From Planctomycetota bacterium (GTDB lineage Bacteria; Planctomycetota; Phycisphaerae; SM23-33): a stretch of 64,000 nt of DNA. Position numbers and translations under genes: made by a program. The stretch is taken from positions 181,419 through 245,418 of the forward strand of contig JAKJER010000003.1 of the NCBI GenBank assembly GCA_022705325.1, written 5' to 3'. Below are positions 19,815-28,987 of this stretch, piece by piece. Numbering within the stretch: position 1 is the first letter of the stretch; each line of letters begins with the position of its first letter. A model generated the notes under the pieces. It was not told the DNA's origin, did no database searches, and was given only the letters and a program-made list of their open reading frames with translations.

Positions 19815-22199
19815 CTATCCGCTATGCCTCCTGTCGCCGCGGCGATCGCCGCCCGCGCTCCGGCGGGCAGCCGCGATCACCGCCTGACCCAGGGCCACCC
19901 CCGCATCGTTGCACGGAATCTGCCGGTGGGTCAGCACGGTAAAGCTCATCGCCTTCAGTCTCGCCTCCAGGCGCGTGGCCAGGTACCGGTTGATGAAGCA
20001 CCCCCCCGACAGGGCGACCACGTCCAGGCCGGTCTCGGCCCGGGCTCGACCGGCCCCGTCGGCCAGGAAGGCCACCGCCGTGTTGTGGAACTTGGCCGAG
20101 ATCAATCCGATGTCGGCGCCGGCGTCGGCGTCGGCGACGATCTGCTCGACCATGGGTCGCAGGTCGATGACGAAGGGTCCTCCGGCGGTCACACGGTAGC
20201 TGTAGCAGTCGGCGATGCCCTGACGGGCGGCGACTTCCAGGCGCGCAGGCGCCTGGGCCTCGTAGGCGTTGCGGTCGGCGATCCGACAGAAGGCAGCCAC
20301 CGCATCGAACCATCGCCCCAGCGAACTGCTGGGCGGACAGTTCACGCCAATGGAGAGCATCTCCACGGCGTTGCGCACGGCCTCGCGGGCGGCCTCCAGC
20401 TTGCGCGCGATGTCCATCTCCATGCACTCGGGCCCGAAGGCGTCGAACAGGGCCGCCACAGCCGGACGGTAGGTCTCGACGGCCGCGGCGTCGCCCCCCA
20501 CCAGGGGCAAGTACCGCAGGTGGCCCAGTCGCTCGTAGGTGCACAGGTCGGCACGGAAGATCTCGCAGCCCCAATTGGCCCCGTCGTCGCCATGGCCCGT
20601 GCCGTCGCAGGCGATGCCGATGACCGGGGCGGTGTGCCCGTTCTCCGCCAGGCACGAGACCACGTGGGCGTGGTGGTGCTGAACGCGGGCGATGGGGATG
20701 GCCCAGCGCCCGGCCAGTTCGCCGTGATGGCGCCTCACCGCGTACTCGGTGGACAGGTAATGCGGGTGCATGTCGCAGGCCACCAACTCGGGGGTGACGT
20801 CGTACAGGGCCTCCAGGTGGCTGACAGTGTCGATGAACTGGCGATAGGTGCGCCCGTCCTTGAGGTCGCCGATGTGCTCGCTGAGCACCGCGTGGTCGCC
20901 TTTAAGCAGGCAGATGGTGTTCTTTAACTCGCCGCCGACAGCCAGAACGGCCGGGCCGCCGGCCACGGGGGCGGCCAGGCGGACGGGCTGGGGCGCGTAG
21001 CCGCGAGCGCGGCGGACGACAATCAGTTGACCGTCGTCTCTCCCGAGCACGACGCTGTCGTCCACACGGCGTTCGATGCGACGGTTGTGGAGCATGAGGG
21101 CGTCGGCGATGCGCCCGAGGTGCGCGATGGCCGAGTCGTTGTCTTTGACCAGGGGCTCGTCGCTGTAGTTTCCGCTGGTCATCACCAGGGGGCCCAGCCC
21201 CTGCTGGAAAAGCAGATGATGCAGGGGCGCGTAGGGCAGCATGACGCCCAGCGTGTTGAGGCCCTGGGCGACGGAAGCAGCCACTCGATCGCCGTCTTTG
21301 TTCACGGGCAGGATCACGATCGGCCGTAGCGACCCGCTCAGCAGCTTACGGGCCTCGCCGGTCAGGCGCACCAGACGCCCGGCCTGCTCGATGTCGGCGA
21401 CCATGATGGCGAAGGGCTTGGCGTCGCGGCGTTTCCGTTGTCGCAGGCGGCGGACGACGTGGTCGTCGTCGGCCCGGCAGACCAGGTGAAAACCGCCCAG
21501 GCCTTTGATGGCCAGTATCTTGCCCTCCTGCAGCATCCGGGCCGCCGAGGCGATCGGGTCATTGGAAGGAATCTGCTGGCCGCGCGTGTCCACCAGCCAG
21601 ACCGCCGGACCGCACTTCTCGCAGGCGGTCGGCTGGGCGTGGAAACGCCGGCTCGACGGGTCGCCGTACTCGCTCGCGCACGCCGGGCACAGGGCGAAGT
21701 CCGCCATCGTCGTGTTCGGGCGGTCATACGGAATCCGCGTCACGATGCTGTATCGCGGGCCGCAGTTGGTGCAGTTGATGAACGGGTACTTGTATCGCGG
21801 GTCGCCCGGGGCGTTCATCTCCCGCAGGCAGTCGCCGCAGGTGGCCGTGTCCACCGTCACCTGGGCGTCGGCGATTTCGCCCCCTTCGCTGGCGAGGATC
21901 TCGAAGTGTTTCTCGCCCACGATGACCTCGGCCGGAAGTTGGCTGCACCGGTCGATGGCCGCCAGCGGGGGCGACTCCTCCTGAAGCCGTCGGACGAACT
22001 CGGTCAGGCGATCGGGACTTCCCTGGACCTGGATGCTGACGCCGCGGGCGTCGTTGAGCACCCAACCGGTCAGGTGCAGTTCGCTGGCCAGGCGGTACGC
22101 GAAGGGACGAAACCCCACCCCCTGGACCTGCCCGGTGACGAACAGACAGGTCCGCTGGAGATCACCCGAAAGCTTCTGGATATTGGCCACGGTAGTCAC
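19815..22199 (-). CDS. hypF: Carbamoyltransferase HypF
   Basis: Acylphosphatase domain (VTGQVQGVGFRPFAYR). Two Zn-finger pairs (CGDC...CTNCGPRYSI and CPAC...CEKCGP). YrdC-like and Kae1/YgjD-like carbamoyltransferase domains. 794 aa. Confidence 0.9.
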   Translation of the reverse strand: MTTVANIQKLSGDLQRTCLFVTGQVQGVGFRPFAYRLASELHLTGWVLNDARGVSIQVQGSPDRLTEFVRRLQEESPPLAAIDRCSQLPAEVIVGEKHFEILASEGGEIADAQVTVDTATCGDCLREMNAPGDPRYKYPFINCTNCGPRYSIVTRIPYDRPNTTMADFALCPACASEYGDPSSRRFHAQPTACEKCGPAVWLVDTRGQQIPSNDPIASAARMLQEGKILAIKGLGGFHLVCRADDDHVVRRLRQRKRRDAKPFAIMVADIEQAGRLVRLTGEARKLLSGSLRPIVILPVNKDGDRVAASVAQGLNTLGVMLPYAPLHHLLFQQGLGPLVMTSGNYSDEPLVKDNDSAIAHLGRIADALMLHNRRIERRVDDSVVLGRDDGQLIVVRRARGYAPQPVRLAAPVAGGPAVLAVGGELKNTICLLKGDHAVLSEHIGDLKDGRTYRQFIDTVSHLEALYDVTPELVACDMHPHYLSTEYAVRRHHGELAGRWAIPIARVQHHHAHVVSCLAENGHTAPVIGIACDGTGHGDDGANWGCEIFRADLCTYERLGHLRYLPLVGGDAAAVETYRPAVAALFDAFGPECMEMDIARKLEAAREAVRNAVEMLSIGVNCPPSSSLGRWFDAVAAFCRIADRNAYEAQAPARLEVAARQGIADCYSYRVTAGGPFVIDLRPMVEQIVADADAGADIGLISAKFHNTAVAFLADGAGRARAETGLDVVALSGGCFINRYLATRLEARLKAMSFTVLTHRQIPCNDAGVALGQAVIAAARRSAGGDRRGDRRHSG

Positions 22200-22490
22200 G
22201 CGCCTCCGGGGACATTGTACAGACCGCCCGTGCCCCCAACCAAGCCAATCTGCGAAGCCGGGCGGGAACGCCTCTCACGTGGTGATATGTTTGTCGCCCC
22301 CGCAGGGCTCGCGTGCCGCCCGGGGGCATCGGGACGGAACGGTCCGGCAGACTCTTCGGTTCCGCCCGTCGTCTGCCTTCGCCCGCCGATTCGCGGAATC
22401 GCGCGATCCCCCCCCTTCCGTTCGTGGGCTGGTTCGACTATCCTGTCCGTCCAGTCACCGGGTCACTTCCGGACCTCTCAGGAGACCGAC

Positions 22491-23333
22491 ATGACCGCGA
22501 TCAATCTGCTGTGCGCGATGTGGACGCTGACCCTGGCCGCCGGGCCCGCTCAAAGCGTGGGCGAACCGATGGTGTACAAGACCGTAGAGGGCAAGCCGCT
22601 CAGGCTGTACGTCGTCAAGCCCGCCGACTGGAAGGCCTCCGACCACCGCCCCGCGATCGTCTTCTTCCATGGCGGCGGATGGACGGGCGGCCAGCCGACC
22701 CAGTTCAACGAGCACTGCGACCACTTCGCCGCCCGCGGGATGGTGTGTATCCAGGTCCAGTACCGTCTGATCGGGCGAGGAGCGAAGGAGACGCCGCAGG
22801 CGTGCGTGTACGATGCCCGCTCGGCGATGCGGTGGGTGCGTGGGCGGGCCGATCAGTTGGGCATCGACCCCAAGCGGATCGCCTCGGCCGGCGGCTCGGC
22901 CGGGGGCCACCTGGCCGCCCACGTAGGGATGGTGGACGCCCTGGACGATCCGGCCGATGACAAGAGCGTCTCGCCGAAGTCCAACGCGATGTTGCTGTTC
23001 AATCCGGTATTCGACAACGGTCCCGACGGCTGGGGCCATGCCCGCGTCGGCGACCGGTACAAGGAGTTCTCGCCCGCCCACAATGTCAGCCGGGATGACC
23101 CGCCGGCCATCGTATTCCTGGGATCCGAGGACAAGCTCATCCCGGTCAAGACTCTCGACGCGTTCAAGACGGCCATGGAGAAGGCGGGCGTGCGGTGCGA
23201 GGCGCGGGTCACGCAGGGCGCCGGCCACGGGTTCTTCAATCCCAACCGCGACGGCGGGGCGCACTTCAAGAAGACGCTGGCCGAAACGGATGCGTTCCTG
23301 GTCTCGCTGGGATGGCTGAAGGCGAAGTCCTGA
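22491..23333 (+). CDS. Alpha/beta-hydrolase fold esterase (BD-FAE / acetyl-esterase-like)
   Basis: ATG at 22491 with a GGAG RBS. HGGGW oxyanion motif and GGSAGG nucleophile elbow. 280 aa. The ORF-track N-terminus (21438-22490) is antisense to hypF. Confidence 0.75.
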   Translation: MTAINLLCAMWTLTLAAGPAQSVGEPMVYKTVEGKPLRLYVVKPADWKASDHRPAIVFFHGGGWTGGQPTQFNEHCDHFAARGMVCIQVQYRLIGRGAKETPQACVYDARSAMRWVRGRADQLGIDPKRIASAGGSAGGHLAAHVGMVDALDDPADDKSVSPKSNAMLLFNPVFDNGPDGWGHARVGDRYKEFSPAHNVSRDDPPAIVFLGSEDKLIPVKTLDAFKTAMEKAGVRCEARVTQGAGHGFFNPNRDGGAHFKKTLAETDAFLVSLGWLKAKS

Positions 23334-23359
23334 CCTTGGAAATCACGCCCGGGTCGGGG

Positions 23360-24202
23360 CTACTTGCCTCCTCGTTGCGGCTTGCCGTCATCGGCGTCGT
23401 AGGGTCCGCCTTCGAGGATCGTGCCCTTGATCTCGACGCGCTCGGCGAACTCGGCCCGCCCGTTGGACGGGTTGACGCCCACCAGCAGACCCGAGAGACG
23501 CGGATCTCCACAGGAGATCTCGAAGTGCGTGGGCATGGAGGTGGTAAGGGCCGACAGAACGCGGTCCTTGCGTCGGCCCAGGACGCCATCGTACGGACCC
23601 GTCATCCCCAGGTCGCTGATGTACGCGGTGCCCTTGTCCAGGACTCGAGCGTCGGCGGTGGGAATGTGGGTGTGCGTACCGAAAACGATGCTGGCCCTCC
23701 CGTTGAGGTGCCAGCCCATGGCGATCTTCTCGCTGGAGGCCTCGGCGTGAAAGTCAACGATGCGGATTCTGGCCTCTGCGGGCATCTCGTTCATGACGCG
23801 ATCGATCGCCTGCCAGGGCGAGTCGGCCGCGTTCATATACATCTGCCCCAGCAGGCAGGCGACGCCGGCCAGGTGGCCCGAGCGGGTCTGGACGACGGTC
23901 CATCGCTTGCCCACGGCCTGGGGTGCGAGGTTGGCGGGGCGGACGATCCGGTCGCTGCTCTCGAGGACCTGGATGACCTCGCGCTTGCGGTAGACATGGT
24001 CGCCCATGGTCACCACGTCCACACCGTAGTTCATGAGTTTCTTGAAGATCTGCGGCGTCAGACCGCTGCCGCCGGCGGCGTTCTCGGCGTTGCAGACCAC
24101 CAGGTCGATCTGCCGCTCGGCGATCAGGCCCTTGAGATGCTCGGCCAGCACGGCCCGACCGGGCCTGCCGACCACGTCTCCGATACACAGAATATTGATC
24201 AC
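23360..24202 (-). CDS. ymdB: YmdB-like metallophosphoesterase (2',3'-cyclic-nucleotide phosphodiesterase family, TIGR00282-like)
   Basis: MINILCIGDVVGRPGR N-terminus, GDHV, and a FHAE...GTHTHIPTAD metallophosphatase signature. Confidence 0.8.
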   Translation of the reverse strand: MINILCIGDVVGRPGRAVLAEHLKGLIAERQIDLVVCNAENAAGGSGLTPQIFKKLMNYGVDVVTMGDHVYRKREVIQVLESSDRIVRPANLAPQAVGKRWTVVQTRSGHLAGVACLLGQMYMNAADSPWQAIDRVMNEMPAEARIRIVDFHAEASSEKIAMGWHLNGRASIVFGTHTHIPTADARVLDKGTAYISDLGMTGPYDGVLGRRKDRVLSALTTSMPTHFEISCGDPRLSGLLVGVNPSNGRAEFAERVEIKGTILEGGPYDADDGKPQRGGK

Positions 24203-24376
24203 TACGTCCGTTCGCTTTCCAGGCCGATTCCGGCAAAGGTATTATAGGTTGAACGCCGGCGGGGCGGAATGATTGACCCGTAAGCCCAAGAATCCGAGGC
24301 GGCATTCGTTTGCCCCGCCTGAGCCCGGTGGATATGATGGCAGCTTGTGACGAATCCTCCGGCCCGGAGAGGCGAT

Positions 24377-24700
24377 ATGATTCAATGCAATGACTGCGAG
24401 TTCTTCCGCAAGAGCCCCACAGGCGAAATCTCCTTCGCCTGCGACCCGTTCACCAACGTCAAAGAGCCCGAGTGCCTGACCAAGTGGCAGTTGATCAAGA
24501 TCAACCAGATGGTCGCAGGCTACCAGGCTACCCTCAACTACTATCGCAAGCTGGCCCCCATGCAGGAGAAGATGTTCAAGGTCATGGAGCGAGAGCTGGA
24601 TGACATCAGCGAGGCCGACCGCTGGAAGGTGAACGAGGAAGACGAACCCCCGGCGGACGAAGACCCCGACGACTGGAACGGACCGCCCATCGGGCGATGA
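24377..24700 (+). CDS. Small hypothetical protein with N-terminal Cys cluster (CNDCEFF...FACDPF...EPEC) and an acidic C-terminus
   Basis: ATG at 24377 preceded by GGAG. Protein-like composition. No family recognised. Confidence 0.45.
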   Translation: MIQCNDCEFFRKSPTGEISFACDPFTNVKEPECLTKWQLIKINQMVAGYQATLNYYRKLAPMQEKMFKVMERELDDISEADRWKVNEEDEPPADEDPDDWNGPPIGR

Positions 24701-24826
24701 CGAGGCGGTGACGGACGACGCGCCGGAACGAACCAGCGCCGGCGAGACCGATGGGAATCGGCCTCGCCGGTGCTGTCGCGTTGGCGCAAGGAACGCGAGG
24801 ATCGCTCGATCACAAGCCGGCGCACA

Positions 24827-25297
24827 CTACTCGCGGACCTGGTGGACCAGGTAGAGCTGAGTGCCGAGCTGGCTGATCTGGTCGAGGTTCTCCTCGATCT
24901 CGTCGAGGTGTCCGTCCTCATCGGCCAGGATCGACTCCAGGAGCTGCTTGGTGGCGTTGTCGCCGACATCCTGGGCCAGCTTGATGGCGTCGTTGTACGC
25001 CTTGATCGCGCCGCTCTCCGCGCCGAGATCGTTCTGGAACATCTTGGGCACTTCCGAGCCGATCATCATCGGATTGAGCTTGCTGACCACCGGCAGGCCC
25101 TCCAGGAAGAGGATGCGGCCGATCAGCTTCTCGGCGTGCTTCATCTCCACAATAGCCCGGGCCTCGATCATTTTGTGGAGGCGGGCATAGCCCCAGTTGT
25201 CGCACATCTCGGAATGGACCATGTACTGGCTGATGGCGGTCAGTTCGTCGGCCAGTAGACTGTTCAGTCTGTCGATCAGAGCCTGGTTGCCTTTCAT
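24827..25297 (-). CDS. bfr: Bacterioferritin
   Basis: MKGNQALIDRLNSLLADELTAISQYMVHSEMCDNWGY matches the bacterioferritin N-terminus and di-iron ligands. 156 aa from the ATG at 25297. The track start at 25468 is an extension. Confidence 0.85.
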   Translation of the reverse strand: MKGNQALIDRLNSLLADELTAISQYMVHSEMCDNWGYARLHKMIEARAIVEMKHAEKLIGRILFLEGLPVVSKLNPMMIGSEVPKMFQNDLGAESGAIKAYNDAIKLAQDVGDNATKQLLESILADEDGHLDEIEENLDQISQLGTQLYLVHQVRE

Positions 25298-25452
25298 CGG
25301 TCGTGCTCCCGTTATGGATGGTCGGCCCACACGGTCCCGTCCGGCCCTTCCGGGGGGAACCTTCCGGCCTGTGTCTGCCGGCGTCGGCCGCAAAGGTGAC
25401 AGTATACGCACTGGCGGCCGGCGAGAAAATCCCCAAGCCAGAAATTCACCCC

Positions 25453-25707
25453 ATGTACCACCTTGCACCCGGAGGGGGCGGTGGGAATAATGAGGGCGTG
25501 GAACCTTTGCCCGAACAGGCTGTCTGGTTCTGGAAATTGGCCTGCTGTCTGCTGCCGCTGGCTGTCGCGTGCCTCGGCGCCCACGCCTTGGCCGGTCGGG
25601 GCGGGACGTATCTTCTGGGCCGGCTCTGGCACGCCCTGTCGACCTTGTCGCTGGCCGGCGCGGGAATGGTGGCGCTGGCGGGGTTGGTCGTCTGCGCCAT
25701 CGCGTGA
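25453..25707 (+). CDS. Possible small two-TM membrane protein (hypothetical)
   Basis: ATG at 25453. The C-terminal half has two hydrophobic helices (FWKLACCLLPLAVACLGAHAL and LSTLSLAGAGMVALAGLVVCAIA). This is a weak call, and a competing frame starts at 25489 with a strong GGAGG RBS. Confidence 0.25.
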   Translation: MYHLAPGGGGGNNEGVEPLPEQAVWFWKLACCLLPLAVACLGAHALAGRGGTYLLGRLWHALSTLSLAGAGMVALAGLVVCAIA

Positions 25708-25728
25708 GCGACTGCAGGAACCAGCAAA

Positions 25729-25768
25729 GCCACGGGAGCCGCGGGACGACTCCCGGGGCTCCCGTGGC
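25729..25768. terminator. GC-rich hairpin (perfect 12-bp stem gccacgggagcc / ggctcccgtggc) between convergent genes. Candidate bidirectional intrinsic terminator.
   Basis: The inverted repeat was read directly. It lies between the small ORF stop (25707) and the PFK stop (25799). There is no clear U-tract. Confidence 0.4.
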
Positions 25769-25798
25769 CTGTTACGCTCGCGACTCCTCGACGGGCTC

Positions 25799-27016
25799 CT
25801 AGAACAGCTTGCCTTGCACCGGCAACTCGCCGACCAGCGGGGCGGCGTATCTTCGGAAGGCCTCGGTGATGCCGTTGCCCGCGGTGTTGATGAACTCGAT
25901 GGGCAGGTCCTTCGTCTCGCGGGCCACGTCTTTCAGTTCGGCGCGGAAGCACTCGACGGCGTAGTCCTTGCCTTCGCCGATCCGCTTGAAGGCGACCGAT
26001 CCGTCGACGTTGCCGGCCATGGCGTACTCCACGGCCTTCGTGCCGGCCAGGCGGGCCTCCGCCTGGTCGACCGGCGAGGCGTAGCCGGCGAAGCTGCGCT
26101 GCAGATAGCCGAACGTATCCGCCCGGACGCGCATCTTCTTGACGCCCAGCTTCTGGGCGACCTTGAGCTTGACCAGGTTGGCCAGGTAGTCGCCCAGGGC
26201 GCCGCTGCCGGAGAGTTGCACGTTGCCGTGACTGTCGCGCTCGACGTCCTCGGCCAGCTTCTCGCCCCAGGCCTTGCCGTCCTCGTCCTCGATGCCCTCG
26301 CTGACGGCGACCAGGCAGCGCCCGAGCTTGCCGTACACCTCGGCGACCTCGTTGACGAACTTGTCCTGGCTGACCGGCGCCTCGGGGACGTAGATCAGGT
26401 GCGGTCCGTCGCTGTCGTCCTGACGGGCCAGGTGGCTGGCGGCCGTGAGCCAGCCGGCGTGGCGACCCATGATGACGTCGATCTTCACCCCGGGAAGGGC
26501 GGCGTTGTCGCGGTCGTCGCCCATGATGGCGCTGGCGACGAATCGACCGGCCGAGCCGTACCCCGGGCAGTGATCGGTCACGCGAAGATCATTATCGATG
26601 GTCTTGGGGATGTGAAACACCCGCAGTTCGTAGTTGGACTGGGCCGCCAACTCGTTGACGATGCGGGCGGTGTCGGCGGAATCATTGCCGCCGATATAGA
26701 AGAAGTAGCGGATATTGTGCTTCTCGAAGACCTCGAAGATTCGAGTGCAGTAGTCGGCATCGGGCTTGTCGCGGGTGGAGCCCAAGGCGGCCGCCGGCGT
26801 GACGGCGATCCGCTCGAGCAGGCCGGCGTCGAGCTTCTTGAGATGGAGGAAGTCCTCCTCGACAATCCCGCGGACGCCGTGGCGCGCGCCCAGGAGATTC
26901 TCGATGGCGTCGCAGTCGGCAATGCCCTGGATCACGCCCACCAGGGACTGATTGATGACGGCCGTCGGCCCCCCGGACTGCCCGATGACGGCATTGCCTC
27001 TAATGACGTTGCTCAT
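25799..27016 (-). CDS. 6-phosphofructokinase, PFK-A family. Probably pyrophosphate-dependent: it has GGNDS where ATP-PFKs have GGDGS.
   Basis: GGPTAVINQS, IGGNDS and PKTIDNDL motifs. 405 aa. Confidence 0.85.
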   Translation of the reverse strand: MSNVIRGNAVIGQSGGPTAVINQSLVGVIQGIADCDAIENLLGARHGVRGIVEEDFLHLKKLDAGLLERIAVTPAAALGSTRDKPDADYCTRIFEVFEKHNIRYFFYIGGNDSADTARIVNELAAQSNYELRVFHIPKTIDNDLRVTDHCPGYGSAGRFVASAIMGDDRDNAALPGVKIDVIMGRHAGWLTAASHLARQDDSDGPHLIYVPEAPVSQDKFVNEVAEVYGKLGRCLVAVSEGIEDEDGKAWGEKLAEDVERDSHGNVQLSGSGALGDYLANLVKLKVAQKLGVKKMRVRADTFGYLQRSFAGYASPVDQAEARLAGTKAVEYAMAGNVDGSVAFKRIGEGKDYAVECFRAELKDVARETKDLPIEFINTAGNGITEAFRRYAAPLVGELPVQGKLF

Positions 27017-27018
27017 GG

Positions 27019-28365
27019 CTATCCTTTCAGCATTTCACGTTCGATGAAGGTGGTGTCCCACTCGCCATTGACGAACCGCTCGTGGCGAAGGACGTCTTTG
27101 CACAAGGCGATAGTCGTCTTGGTGGGATGGATGACGAACTCGTCCAGGGCCCGCCGAGCAGTGGCGATGGCCTCGTTGCGGGTGGGGCGGTGGACGATGA
27201 GCTTGCCGATCAGCGAATCGTAGGTGGACGGGATCTCGTAACCCTGGTAGATATGGGAGTCCCACCGCACTCCCAGCCCGCCTGGGGCGACGAACGCCTC
27301 CACCCGCCCGGGGCTGGGGCGGAAGTTGTGGACCGGGTCCTCGGCGTTGATGCGACACTCGATGGCGCAGCCCTGCTGACGGATGTCTTCCTGGCGCAGC
27401 GTCAGCGGCTCGCCCGCGGCCACGCGGATCTGCCACTTGACCAGATCCTCGCCCGTGACCATCTCGGTCACCGGATGCTCGACCTGGATGCGGGTGTTGA
27501 CCTCCAGGAAGTAGAACTGTCCACGCTGGTCGAGCATGAACTCGACCGTGCCGGCGGAGTAATACCCCACGCTGCGGGCCAGACGGACGGCGGCATCGCA
27601 GATTTCCTGGCGGAGCTTGGGGTCCAGGGCGGCCGACGGGCTCTCCTCGATGACCTTCTGGCGGCGCCGTTGGACGGAGCACTCGCGTTCGGCCAGGTGG
27701 ACAACGTTGCCCTGCTGGTCGCCCAGAAGCTGGATCTCGATGTGGCGGAAGTTCTCGATGCACCGCTCCATGTAGCATCGCCCGTCCTTGAAGGCGATCT
27801 CGGCCTCGCTCTGGGCCTGCTTGAAGCTCGAGCGAAGGGTCGCCTCGTTGTGGGCAAAGCGGATGCCGCGTCCGCCGCCGCCGGCGGCGGCCTTGATGGC
27901 CACCGGGTAGCCGATCTGCTCGGCGATCTGGACGGCCTGCTCGACGCTGTCGACCGGGCCGTTGGAGTCGGGGGCCATGGGGACGCCGGCCTTGCGGGCG
28001 AGTTCCTTGGCCTTGATCTTGTCGCCCAAGGCCCGCATGGACTCCACGCTGGGCCCGATGAACTCGATCTTGCAGTCGCGGCAGACTTCCGCAAAGTGGG
28101 CGTTCTCGGCCAGGAAGCCATAGCCGGGATGGATCGCCTCGACGTCGGCGATTTCCGCGGCCGCGATGATCCGGGGGATGTTGAGATAGCTTTCGACGGA
28201 CGGCGCCCCGCCGATGCAGATCCGTTCGTCGGCCAGGTGGAGATAGCTGGCGTTGCGGTCGGCCTGGGAGAAGACGGCCACCGTTTCGATGCCCATCTCC
28301 TTGCAGGCACGGATGATTCGCAGAGCGACTTCGCCGCGGTTGGCTACGAGAATACGTCGAAACAT
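27019..28365 (-). CDS. accC: Acetyl-CoA carboxylase biotin carboxylase subunit
   Basis: [34 protein letters not shown]-grasp and biotin-carboxylase C-terminal domains. ATG at 28365. The 678-aa track ORF is an upstream alternate-frame extension over accB. Confidence 0.9.
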   Translation of the reverse strand: MFRRILVANRGEVALRIIRACKEMGIETVAVFSQADRNASYLHLADERICIGGAPSVESYLNIPRIIAAAEIADVEAIHPGYGFLAENAHFAEVCRDCKIEFIGPSVESMRALGDKIKAKELARKAGVPMAPDSNGPVDSVEQAVQIAEQIGYPVAIKAAAGGGGRGIRFAHNEATLRSSFKQAQSEAEIAFKDGRCYMERCIENFRHIEIQLLGDQQGNVVHLAERECSVQRRRQKVIEESPSAALDPKLRQEICDAAVRLARSVGYYSAGTVEFMLDQRGQFYFLEVNTRIQVEHPVTEMVTGEDLVKWQIRVAAGEPLTLRQEDIRQQGCAIECRINAEDPVHNFRPSPGRVEAFVAPGGLGVRWDSHIYQGYEIPSTYDSLIGKLIVHRPTRNEAIATARRALDEFVIHPTKTTIALCKDVLRHERFVNGEWDTTFIEREMLKG

Positions 28366-28379
28366 GCGAGGCTCCTGCG

Positions 28380-28922
28380 TCAGCTCGGACGAACGCGGAA
28401 CAGAACCTGTCCGTACTCGACCGGCTGGGCGTTCTGGACACAGACCTCGACGATCTTGCCGACGCACTCGGCCCGGATCTCGTTCATGACCTTCATGGCC
28501 TCGATGATGCAGACGACCGTGTCGTCTCCGACGGCCGATCCGACGGTAACGTAGGGGTCGCTGTCGGGGCTGGGGGCACTGTAGAAGGTGCCGACCATGG
28601 GGCTCTTGATTTCCAGGAGGGTCTCGGCTGGGGGTTTGGGAGGCTCGACGTGGGCCGCAGAGGCAGCCGCCGCCAGGGAGGGCGTCAGTTGCGGGGCCGT
28701 CACCACGTGTCCCGCGACCGGCATGTGCGGCAGGGAGACCACCGAGGGACCTCGCTTCAGGTGCACCTTTACTTCGCCATCGGTAATGTCCACCTCGCTC
28801 AGGTCGTTGTCGACCATGAGTTGGACCAGCAGGCGGATCGAATCGATGTCCGTCCCGCTTCCGATCTTCCGCTCGCCCGCCTCGGCGGGCGCCGCAGCCG
28901 GCACCGCTGTTTTCTTGGCCAT
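28380..28922 (-). CDS. accB: Acetyl-CoA carboxylase biotin carboxyl carrier protein
   Basis: Ala/Pro-rich linker followed by the biotinyl domain with the EAMKVMNEI (EAMKM) motif. It lies immediately upstream of accC. Confidence 0.85.
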   Translation of the reverse strand: MAKKTAVPAAAPAEAGERKIGSGTDIDSIRLLVQLMVDNDLSEVDITDGEVKVHLKRGPSVVSLPHMPVAGHVVTAPQLTPSLAAAASAAHVEPPKPPAETLLEIKSPMVGTFYSAPSPDSDPYVTVGSAVGDDTVVCIIEAMKVMNEIRAECVGKIVEVCVQNAQPVEYGQVLFRVRPS

Positions 28923-28987
28923 GTCGCTCTCTCTCTGTTAGATCCGCCGTCCGGTCCGCATTTGCTCGCCGTCGGCCATCTTGCCGC

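Noticed and set aside
21438-23333. 631-aa plus ORF
   Set aside because: The first about 350 codons are antisense to hypF. The real gene is the 280-aa esterase starting at the ATG at 22491.
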